Assembly: GCA_951406725.2 (NCBI GenBank)
Contig: OX597815.1
Location: 60,450,001-60,514,000, forward strand
Length of the DNA stretch: 64,000 nucleotides
Reading direction: 5' to 3'
Origin: Octopus vulgaris
Lineage: Eukaryota
This document shows, piece by piece, positions 13,171-23,836 of the stretch. Every line of letters starts with the position of its first letter. The first letter of the stretch is position 1. Position numbers and translations under genes: made by a program. The notes under the pieces were generated by a model. It saw nothing but the letters and a program-made list of their open reading frames with translations. It made no database searches and was not told where the DNA came from.

Positions 13171-13747
13171 CAGTATGCTTTAACTAACTCACAACATGGA
13201 CTATAAACTCATAATGTTCCTCCAATCGATCACACACAACTTTCTGATAAATAATAACAAAGCTGTAAGTAGCTGTAAGTAGCTGCTCTAATTGGAAACA
13301 CACAGAAATATAGTTGTTAATGTGCTTATACTAAATTTTTTGTGCGTATCAATCTGTAATTATATTTATGCTGACACACCCTCTCTCCTGTATGTATAAT
13401 TGTAAGCATGTATGAATATATGTATATATATGGGCATTTATGTAAATATATGTGAGTGTGAGAGTGTGCGTATGTGCATGTATACGTATGTGTATGTATG
13501 TGCATATGTTGTGCATGTGTATATATACATGGGTATACAGTAAATATCACATCAATGTTATAATGCTCAATTCATTAAAACTATTAACAAATTTAAATTA
13601 GTTTTACTCGTTTTTAATATTTTCAGTATCAAAGATCATAATAATACCTTTATCATAACTATAATGACACTTTTATTGTAACTTGTAATTTTTTTGATAA
13701 AAATAAATGAGTAATTTACGCTTTTTTTTCATAACGGTATACCTTCT

Positions 13748-14728
13748 TTGTGTGTGAGTGTGTGCGTGTATGTGTGTGTTATATTTCGTGATGGTTATTT
13801 TTTTGTTGTCAATTTCCTAGATGTATCCTTAGATCTAAATAAGCCTTATAGGAAGCCCAACGATGGACTTAGTTATATTAATGTAGGTTCATGCCATCCC
13901 CCTATAGTTTTTATAAATTTAATTAAAAACATTAGCAAGAAAATTTCTAGAATCTCCTCCGATAAGGACATTTTTAATAGCGTTGGCTCAGTATATAATA
14001 AGGCTCTAAAAGATAGTGGTTTTAGCGAGGAAATAACCTATATACCTGCCAACAGTCCAACAATAAAGAAGAGGAGATATAGGAATAGGAAAACCATTTG
14101 GTTCACACACCCCTATTCACTCGAGGTGACCTTCAATATAGGCAAGTATTTCTTGGCACTGATAGATAGACATTTTCCATTCAACCATACTTACAGGAAG
14201 CTCTTTAATAGACACAACTTAAAAATCAGTTTCAGTTCAACTACCAATTTTAGAAATATAATCGCACACAACACACAAAAACCACAATACGAAACCAGCT
14301 GTTCATGCAGGGATAAAAATTTGTACCCGCTAAAGGAAGCTTGCATGTCCGAGACCATCATCTACGAAGCTACCGTGGACTCTATACCCACTAAAGACAC
14401 GGTTTCGACGAAGAAATATGTGGGCCTTACAGAGGGTAATTTCAAGGTCAGGTTCAATAATCACACCTTGAGCTTTAGGCACTGGGATAAAAGGAAAACG
14501 ACCAAATTATCCAGTCATATATGGTCATTAAAAAATAAAGGTGTCAGTTACAACATCCATTGGAAGATTTTAGAAAAGTGTAAGCCCTACACCAACGGCA
14601 GTGGAAAGTGCGATCTATGTGATAGGGAAAGATGGCTCATCTGGAAAAGCAGCTTGGACCCTACTACATGTCTAAATTCAAGGACGGAACTTTTCGGATC
14701 ATGCCCACGTGTGGCCAAATATTTATGA
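13748..14728 (+). CDS. 5'-truncated PLE (probably Nematis-type): RT thumb plus GIY-YIG; 3' UTR/pLTR runs to ~15780
   Basis: VNFLDVSLDL..PYRKPND..SCHPP; CSC..C..IIYEA..KYVGLTEGNFKVRFNNH; CDLC..LNSRTE; homologous to 41868-43041; the N-terminal residues come from a microsatellite. Confidence 0.85.
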   Translation: MCVSVCVYVCVIFRDGYFFVVNFLDVSLDLNKPYRKPNDGLSYINVGSCHPPIVFINLIKNISKKISRISSDKDIFNSVGSVYNKALKDSGFSEEITYIPANSPTIKKRRYRNRKTIWFTHPYSLEVTFNIGKYFLALIDRHFPFNHTYRKLFNRHNLKISFSSTTNFRNIIAHNTQKPQYETSCSCRDKNLYPLKEACMSETIIYEATVDSIPTKDTVSTKKYVGLTEGNFKVRFNNHTLSFRHWDKRKTTKLSSHIWSLKNKGVSYNIHWKILEKCKPYTNGSGKCDLCDRERWLIWKSSLDPTTCLNSRTELFGSCPRVAKYL

Positions 14729-15674
14729 CGTTTTTGGTCCCCCCGAGACTACAGATAGAACTTGCTTTCTATATTGTGTCCACGCACAAGCTTTTTGTCA
14801 TTATACCTTTTACTTATATTTCTTATATATTTTTTATTTTGTCTATTTTATTTTTATTTATATTTCTTATACATATATCTCTTACATATTTATAGAGATT
14901 TTGGTTTATAGGTTTATTGCTTATATATTTTTTACACATAATTTTTTCTGTATTCTACCTTCCACCCTGCATTTTTCCCCGTGCATATATAGATGTGTAT
15001 ATGGAATCCTTTGTGCGCGCGTGTGAATGTGTACGTGTGTGCCGGTATGTGTGTATATAGATGTGTGCGTATGTGCGTGCATGCGAGTACGTGCGTATAT
15101 AGACGTATTTTAATCAGTGTTTTTCAACAATTTCCTGTATTTTTGCCGTTAGCCCGGGTTTTTTGTGTTAGACGTATGTATAATCCTTTTTATGCGTGCG
15201 TGTGTGTGCGTATATAGACGTGTGCGGGTATGTGCGTATATGGGCGTGTGTGTGTGCGTGCATAAGGGTATGTGCGTATATAGACGTGGTTTACTCTTTG
15301 TATACTCCCTTATGCTTTTTTCTATATTATTACCCTTAATCCTGTTTTTTCTTGTGCTTGTGTGTATGAACCTTTACGGTGCGCGCGTGTGTGTGTGTGG
15401 GTTTGTATGTATATGCATATACATTTGGCGAAAGATGCGAGTGAAGATGTGTACGTTTTCAAGTGAGGGTGGTTGAATGTATGCGCGCGCACGTGGGTGT
15501 GCGGGCGCACATGTGTAGGTATGAACAGGCGCGCTTACGCGAATAATATGAACTTTTTACCCCCTTATCTTACTTAGCGGTCATTCGAATAGCTCTTTTG
15601 TCTTAATAGCGGTCAATAACACCGTAATTTCTCTTTGTATAACGGACATTTTTCATAGCGTTTTTCCGATGGCC

Positions 15675-15737
15675 GGATAACTGAAGAGATGGTGGCGTGA
15701 ATTTCCACCTCGGCATCCGTAACTCGGAGTTTTATCT
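15675..15737 (+). ncRNA. Hammerhead motif in pLTR with GAAA mutated to GTAA
   Basis: GGATAA-CTGAAGA-GATG..CATC-c-GTAA-CTC(G)GAG-TT-TTATCT. Confidence 0.6.
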
Positions 15738-15855
15738 TGGCTAACTAATAATTGTCACATATTACATTTACAGCTAATTTCCTCTATTTATATAATATCG
15801 AGGTCTCTTTCTTTCTTTTATCATCTTACCGTTTTTATCAATATATATATATATA

Positions 15856-15964
15856 TTGGCCTGCTCGCTTAGCCAGCGGGGTGGCGTCATTTGAAGGCTC
15901 AAACAATGCGAAGCGCATTGTGACCAGCGATGTGTAGTGACATCTGATAGCCTGGTCGGTCACG

Positions 15965-15970
<6 letters not shown>
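15856..15970. repeat. Short structured interspersed repeat in (TA)n, copy 1
   Basis: Close match to 30428-30548; both copies are flanked by (TA)n. Confidence 0.8.
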
Positions 15971-16001
<31 letters not shown>

Positions 16002-16489
16002 TTTAACATACAGACAACGCATACTCCTAATGTGGAATATACTTTCAGCATATATAATAAGTTATGTTACAAAGTTACAGATCTCATTACAACTAAGCGA
16101 AGAGTAAATATTTTCTTTATGGTAGATAATATGAAACATCTTCTAAATTAGGACTGAATTTATTTGATTTCCTCTTCAAAATGAATCGCCAGCAGTAAAC
16201 TGACAAACATATATAAACGGCACTCCAATTAAATATATGAAATTCTTCAATTTATAAAATTAAAAGAATTTCAGACGTAAAGGCGATCTAATTTCCTGAA
16301 GATCCATCTAGATGTATAGCCCGTGTAAATAGTGTTGTTATTACAGAAAATTATGTGGTGAGAGAAACCTTGTCTCGTATCGTCCAGTGTCATAAATATG
16401 TACGTATGTATGTATGTATGTATGTATGTATGTATGTATGTATGTATGTATGTATGTATGTATGTATGTATGTATGTGTATATATATAT

Positions 16490-16697
16490 GCCATGATAGA
16501 TCGTTAGCTTCTACACGCATTTTTTTCTCTCCTTGTTTCTCTCCTTGTTTTTTTCTGTGTATCTTTCTGTCGAAGAGCGTAGGCGCGAAACGTAAAAGAC
16601 TTTTTCTATTTCTATTCCTGAGCGCTATACTAATACATTTGTTTGTTTGTACTCCACCTGCCTTCGTCTTTTGTTTATTTTCGTAAACTTTCCCTTA
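16490..16697 (+). mobile_element. Solo pLTR of the Neptune-type PLE, with HHR-like motif at 16562-16599
   Basis: Aligns to 61448-61646. Confidence 0.85.
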
Positions 16698-17495
16698 CAC
16701 TCACTAAAGTTATTTCTTGTGTTCTTTTCGTAAAGAAAATTTTACCTTCGCTAAACCTTATGACATCGTCATATATTCTATTCCTAAAATTGAAACCTCT
16801 TTGATTCTGAAGCTCTATGAATTTTATAAATTGAAGAATTTCATATGTGAGCAATTTTTGTCGTCTTCACATGTTTGCCAATATATTGCCTGTAAGAGAT
16901 TCTTTTCAAAGATGAAACCAAATTAGCCCAGAATATTTTTGAAGATAGCTTGTGTTTTTTGTCATAAAGAAAATATTTAGACTCTACTGAGTTCTAGTGA
17001 GATCTAGCATTGTAACAAATATTTATTGCATGATTTGAGTAGACGCCGTATCGACATTTTTACGTATTATATCCATACTAGATTGTCACCCGTCAAACAA
17101 TAACAAGAATAAACTGTCAACAATAAAATGACAAGAATACACATCAACAATAAAATGACGAGTAAAGTATTTGCCACGCTAGGTATCATAAATATTTGTG
17201 TACAGGTACAATAATGGTAATTTTGTTACATTTAAATTCCATGCTGCTTACACGCAATATTGTCAGTAATACTAATTTCTGAAGGATAAATGTAGACCTC
17301 ATTTGTATATTTGTAATCTGTAGATGTTATTTATAACAATAATATTATCGAATAACTTCTGATGTAACATTACCTAAACCCCTTGAACATGGTACTTCTG
17401 TATGACTTATAGACCAGTGACTGAATCTAGTATGAATTTACAAACGCACGCTCGCGCACGCACGTGTGTGTGTTGTGTGTGCGAGTGTGTTGTGT

Positions 17496-17531
<36 letters not shown>

Positions 17532-17663
17532 TGTGTGTGTTGTGTGTGTAGCAGTATCAGCGTCAAGCAATGAAGAATAAATGAGCTTTAAATTTGTTGA
17601 AATATTTTTGTGACATGTTTTAAAAGATGTATAAACACCATATCTGCCCAGTGAAATAGCGGA

Positions 17664-17706
17664 TTCCCTGACGCGTTTCTGGCTCTTTAGTCTTCCTCAA
17701 TGGGAA
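17664..17706 (-). ncRNA. Degenerate hammerhead motif
   Basis: Minus strand TTCCCa-tTGAGGA-A-GAC..GCC-a-GAAA-CGCG-TC-aGGGAA. Confidence 0.45.
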
Positions 17707-19684
17707 ATAGCGAAGAGATAACTTTGAACAGATTCAAAAGCTATCAACATTAGACTTGCGCTCGTAGACCGCCTGGCTGGAATAAAAATAGTAGCATTAG
17801 CACCAAGCAGTGAAGAAGAATAAACGAACTTTAGATTAGTTAAGATATAATTGTGGTATACTTCAAAATACCATTGAGGAACCGTAAGAAGCGAGAAGCG
17901 CGTCTGGGGATCTGCTGGGGGAAGCACTTTGCAGATATGGTATTTTTACATATTTTACCATGGAGAGTATTTTTTCTTTTCAGTGTCACTGTACTACAAC
18001 ATCTTAGGCTCATGCTTCATTCTGTTTCATATTTTAATTATAATCTCGGGGTTGTTCCCCCTGATTTTTTTTTTCACAAGAATAATTTAGGTAATGATTT
18101 TTTTCAACACTTAGTTATGATTTAAATTAATTTATATTTATACGTTTAAGCGATAAAGTATGTAAGCATGCACTTCACTATTAGTTATTTATGCAGCAGA
18201 GTCCCTACGTATTTCTCAATCATTCTTATTAAGATTAAAAAACAATACATCCAGTTTTAGGCCTCTTGCTGTATCAAAAGGTTTGGGAATTTGATTTTAA
18301 TATTCATTTTAGGCTCAATTTTAAAAATTTGTAATGTTTGAACCTGAAATAAATTATCATAAAAAAGAAAACATCGGAATTAACTCTATTGTCCGGTATG
18401 GGGAAAAATAGAATGGCGAGCAATGACACAGCGATACCATTTCTGACAGGAAATAACGGTTCGAATCAGTGGAAATAATCTATGTACGATGTTAGTTTCC
18501 ATCTTCAAATGTAAATGATAAATTCAGAAGAGACTAGCTCAGTACTATGATGTTACTACAACATGGCAGACACTGATTTTATTTTAATCAGGCAGGATTT
18601 TTACAGTGTGGACGACTCCAGTGAAAACACTTCTCAGGAGTATTTCAGCTTTTCCCAAAAGAAATCACTTTGGTTTTCTCTGGGGAAAAATATGCCTGTT
18701 GGTCAAGGTGTTAGTAAGTGAGTTTAATTCATTGATCATTAGTAGCTTTGGTCATTGTTTGGTTGTAATAATAAAACCTACGTAACTGATTACTGTCGCT
18801 GGCAAGGACTTCTTTCCCAGTCTTGTTTTCGGCACTAACTAGGCATCATCGTTTAATCAAAAAGTTGCAGCAACAAGGAGGATCTCTGGCAGAATCGATA
18901 GAGCGTAATATAGAACTGTTTAAATTGAATTTTTTTCCATACCTGTCCACAGTAAAGTCATATAGTTCTCTAAATTATCTTCATATTTGGAAACTTAATG
19001 TTTTATACTCCTTCTATATAATGTACTTTGATATCCAGAGTTCTAATTATTTAGAAACTGAAATAACGTTATTTAAATAATTCCATCGACATTATTATCT
19101 TATAGGAAGTTAGGGTCTTAAAATACTGCCCTTAACCAGATTTCCATTTGTTCGACAAGCCTAACCGAGTGGTTTTATATTCAAATTACACCTAGAATGC
19201 GATAACCTCACATAATCGCTTCTATTCACTGAAATTATTTCTCTACTATATATAGTAATTTCAAATTAATCTGTCACTTGCAAATACATATTGACAATTA
19301 ATCTGCAATTAACGATTGAAAAACACACTTACCTCCACCAGCAACCTTCAACTGCAACTTTAAATAATCAACATCACATCCCACCTGCTGCCATATTTGT
19401 TCTGTCCTTTTCCGTTTCCATATTTTAGTCACATGATGTGTAATATATTCATAAATGCATGAATAACCAACTAGAAAACGTTGATATAATTACATTACTA
19501 TCTTCACTAGGGGAACCTCTCTCTTATACAGTATTTAGTATTTCTTATATATTTTGTCCTTGACGTCTATTTCTTTACCGTGTTTAATATTCCTTTAAAC
19601 CATGTGTTTATACATTAAGCCTGTCATTATGTGATTTTACTAAATTAATTACCCTAATAACCAACAATACCGTTTATATAAAAA

Positions 19685-20050
19685 GACGGTGAGCTGGCAG
19701 AAACGTTAGCACGGCGGGTGACATGCTTAGCGGTATTTCGTCTGCCGCTACGTTCTGAGTTCAAATTCCGCCGAGGTCGACTCTGCGTTTCATCCTTTCA
19801 GGGTCGATGTAATCGACTTAATCCGTTTGTCTGTCCTTGTTTGTCTCCTCTGTGTTTAGCCCCTTGTGGGTAGTAAAGAAATAGGTATTTCGCCCGTCGC
19901 TATGTTTTGAGTTCAAATTGCGCCAAGGTCGACTTTAGTTTTGATCCTTTCGAACTCGATAAATTAAATACTAGTTGGGATCGATGTAATCGACTGCCCC
20001 CTTCCCCAAATTTCGGGTCATGTGCCTAGAGTAGGAAAGAGCATTATTAG
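19685..20050 (+). mobile_element. Nested tRNA-derived Nin-domain SINEs with two different tails
   Basis: A/B boxes (tggcagaaacg, gagttcaaattcc); Nin-like gtcgac..tttcatccttt..ggtcgat; first tail ends gaaata at 19883, then a second SINE body resumes at ggtatttcg. Confidence 0.8.
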
Positions 20051-20289
20051 TGTTTGTGTATATTTGTTTTATAGATATTTCGGTGTACAATATGTATATC
20101 AATCACCGCTTTCTGTTATCTTTTACATTTTCATGTTGACTAACAAATCTTAACATAAGGTCTTAGAATGTATCTTTCTTAGAATATGAGCTGTTCGAAT
20201 GGCAAAATATATTTGGAGCACTTGATATTTAACTATTCTCTGTTGCCTGATAGATTGGTTTCTATAATCGATATATTCTATAATTTCTA

Positions 20290-20700
20290 AGTTTGCTGGT
20301 GGGCATCCCATATTCTTGATATTTCTACTTTGAAATTTAATTTTTTTCGGAATCTTTTCTCTGTTTTGTCTGCAATGTTTTCTTGTCTCAGCGCAACTTT
20401 CCTCGTAACTACATTTCTTTCAGCACTTCTTGACTTCCACGATTTATCTTGCTTTGGTAAGCTTTCTTCTCTTCGAGTTCTACACAAGTAGGTCCTAGTT
20501 CTATTACAGCGTGTTTAAATAGTTCTACACTCTTTGCAAGGACATGGTTTACTGATTTTGTTGTCAAAACAGCTGTGCATAACATCTTAAGTGACACCAA
20601 AATCAAAGTATGGCCCACTATATTGTAGGCCGTTTGGAAATCAACCCACGCTATGTATGATTAAATTGCTGTAACTTGCAGTCCTTCATTCTCATTTTGT
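20290..20700 (-). pseudogene. Decayed Dong-like RT fragment
   Basis: Remnants of IAWVDF, KSVNHVLAK and ELEEKKAY; similar to the RT regions above. Confidence 0.5.
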
Positions 20701-20838
20701 CTATGATCAGAAGAAACGACTAGGAACTGAAGCTACCTTTATTGGAAATCAGTCAGTATTATTATTATCTACCGATAACATACATTGACCATCAGGGTGG
20801 AACAAATTCGTGAGTAGATGAGTTGCCCGTCTTGTATA

Positions 20839-20876
20839 TAGATCTGAAGAGAACTAACGAGTTCGAAATGCATCTA
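20839..20876 (+). ncRNA. Hammerhead-like motif, probably with a small deletion
   Basis: TAGAT-CTGAAGA-GAAC(taacga)GTTC-GAAA-TGC-ATCTA. Confidence 0.5.
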
Positions 20877-21145
20877 ACCGTTCAATAGGTGGCGCTTTGA
20901 GCTGACTATTGTCTCCGTCACTGCTTTGTGTGTTTGTGTGTATGTGTGTGTGTGTGTGCGTCTGTGTCTGTTTCTGTGTGCCTGTGTGTGTATATGTGTG
21001 CATGTATATACTTGTATCTATCTATATATCTATCTTTTCGTCTTACGTGAAAATTTTCCTCCAGGACAAACTACCGGGAAAAACCTTTACGGATTCAAAT
21101 ATCTCTCAAATATATTTCTTTACTCTGTGTTGTGCGTGTGCGTTC

Positions 21146-21225
<80 letters not shown>

Positions 21226-21837
21226 ATGTGTCTGCATGCTCAGATTACAGATTTCACAGCTTTTTACTGATTTTCTTGCAGCTTCTGGCCAATCTTCCAT
21301 TCGATCATTGCCGATGGTTGCTATAATACTCATGGCTTGCATGAAACTAGAGTAAGGAAGCGCTGATATTTTAGCTCCCATAATAGCTGCATTTACTATA
21401 GTTTAATATCTCAGAGATATTGGATATTCTTGTTTAATAACGTATCATAATATATTGTAATATTCTACAATTAGGTGTTAGTGCGTGTGTATGTACACAC
21501 CCACACGCAGGCACCCCCACACACATATACATACACATATATGTTTGTCTGTGACTGTATGTGTGCGTATAGGTGCTTTTCTCAATATTATGTATATGCA
21601 GATATACACGATAAAACTAAACTGTCAAATATTTTTTTTCTTTCCTTCCTTCCTTGCTTGCAATATTTTCCTATCCTTCATTCATTTACGTTTTCATTGT
21701 TACAAGAACATACAACGATGTCAGGAGACAATTTTATTTTACTAATATTTGTTTTGTTCATTCGCCAATTCGTTCCGAACGAGTGAACTCTAGTTGTAAT
21801 ACACACACACACGCACACACACACACGCACACACACA

Positions 21838-21893
<56 letters not shown>

Positions 21894-21949
21894 TACGCAC
21901 ACGCATATATATGCATGTTTGTATGTATGTATATACTTATGTATATAAC

Positions 21950-22450
21950 GGGAAGCTTTATGAAAATAAACAAAAGACGAAGGCAGGTTTACGGAAATAA
22001 ACAAAAGACGAAGGCAGGTGGAATACAAACAAACAATTGTATTAGTATGGCGCTCAGGAATATAAATAAAACAAGTCTTTTTCGTTTCGAGCCTACGCTC
22101 TTCAACAGAAAGATACACAGAGAAGAAACACAGAAAGAAGGAGAGAAAAAAATGCGTGCAGAGGCTAGCGAATCAACATGGCGATCTGATTTCGGCCAGA
22201 AGTCAAAGATCAAACGTGAGACGCAAGAGCGAAATTAGGGGAGATAATAGGGTTAAATGACCTCGCCCCAACATAAGAGTGTGTGTGTGTATGAGAGAGT
22301 ATTAGTGCGTATGAGAGGTCTGGACGTGTGTATATATATATGATGTGTAAAGTCGTATGGTGTAGTGTAGAGAGAGGAGATGAGGGGAGAGGGGATCTAC
22401 CTGTCTAGCTAGCAATCTCTCCCTCCTCTCTTCCTCTTCTCCCTGTCTCT
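21950..22450 (-). mobile_element. 3' region and pLTR of the Neptune-type PLE, with HHR-like motif at 22076-22113
   Basis: Reverse complement resembles ~61200-61646. Confidence 0.8.
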
Positions 22451-22491
22451 CTCTCTCTTTATGTATATACATACATACACACACACTCACA

Positions 22492-22577
<86 letters not shown>

Positions 22578-22745
22578 TATATACTCGAGTCACCCTCAAA
22601 TTCGAATCGCTGATTGTGTAAAATATGTCTGTATGTAAATCTACCTGTCTAGCTAGCAATCTCTCCCTCCTCTATTCCTCTTCTCCCTATCTCTCTCTCT
22701 CTTTATGTATATACATACATACATACATACATGCATACACACACA

Positions 22746-22807
<62 letters not shown>

Positions 22808-22814
<7 letters not shown>

Positions 22815-23118
22815 TAGAAGAAATGAGGTAATCAGATCGGATGGTTCATATTTATAGATATTTATTTATATATTACATTTTTTACATATATATCATGTCA
22901 TTCAGATCATATCATTCGGATTAGCGCTTTCTCCCAATCGAGTGGGGTTTTCAAATCAAATTAAATTTGATTTGAAAACCCCACTCGATTGGGAGAAAGC
23001 GCTAATCCGAATGATATGATCTGAATGACATGATATATATGTAAAAAATGTAATATATAAATAAATATCTATAAATATGAACCATCCGATCTGATTACCT
23101 CATTTTTTCTAATATATA
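22808..23118. repeat. 311-bp palindrome with 1-nt loop at 22963
   Basis: 155-bp arms are reverse complements with one mismatch seen (22820/23106); sits in (TA)n. Confidence 0.95.
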
Positions 23119-23143
23119 ATACATGTACATCATCTCCAAACCT

Positions 23144-23202
<59 letters not shown>

Positions 23203-23579
23203 TTATACTCGAGTCACCCTCAAATTCGAATCGCTGATTGTGTAAAATACTTCTGTAGGGAAAACAAAATTCAAATTTTGATTTAAGAGCAACTCTAATG
23301 ATGTAAACATTATCGATGTCACATACTTAATGTCTCTGTGTTGTCGAAACGCTTTTAGCCTCAGTATTTCGTCCAGGGAAAGTTCCATTAAAGACGTAAC
23401 AGCGAAATATCTATATTTGTCGTTCTGTCTCACCTCCGGGGAGTTCGTTTCGCCTGGTTTGGAGATATACTGTGTTTTTTTAACACTTTACGCTTTTAAA
23501 GAAATGTTCTCTGGATGAAATACCGCAGCTATAAAGTTTTTTCAACAACATATATACATTAAATGTATGTATGTATGTA

Positions 23580-23738
23580 TGCGCAGGCGTGGCTGAGTGG
23601 TAAGAAGCCTTCCACTCAACCACGTAGTTCCGAGTTCAGTCCCACTGCGTGGTATCTTGGGCAGGTGCTTTCTACTATAACTTCGGGCCGACCAAACCTT
23701 GTGAGTGGATTTGGTAGACGGAAACTGAAAGACGCTCG
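23580..23738 (+). mobile_element. tRNA-derived SINE (CORE-like), 5' part
   Basis: gtggctgagtggtaag..gagttcagtccc..cttgggcagg; same family as 30700 and 44177. Confidence 0.85.
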
Positions 23739-23801
23739 CTGTGCAGCTGTGCATGTATGTATGTATACATACATACATACGTACATACATACACACATAT
23801 A

Positions 23802-23835
<34 letters not shown>

Positions 23836-23836
<1 letters not shown>

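Noticed and set aside
18563-18713. Short ORF with caacATGG start and a GTAAGT donor
   Set aside because: No recognisable protein similarity or partner exons; compatible with chance
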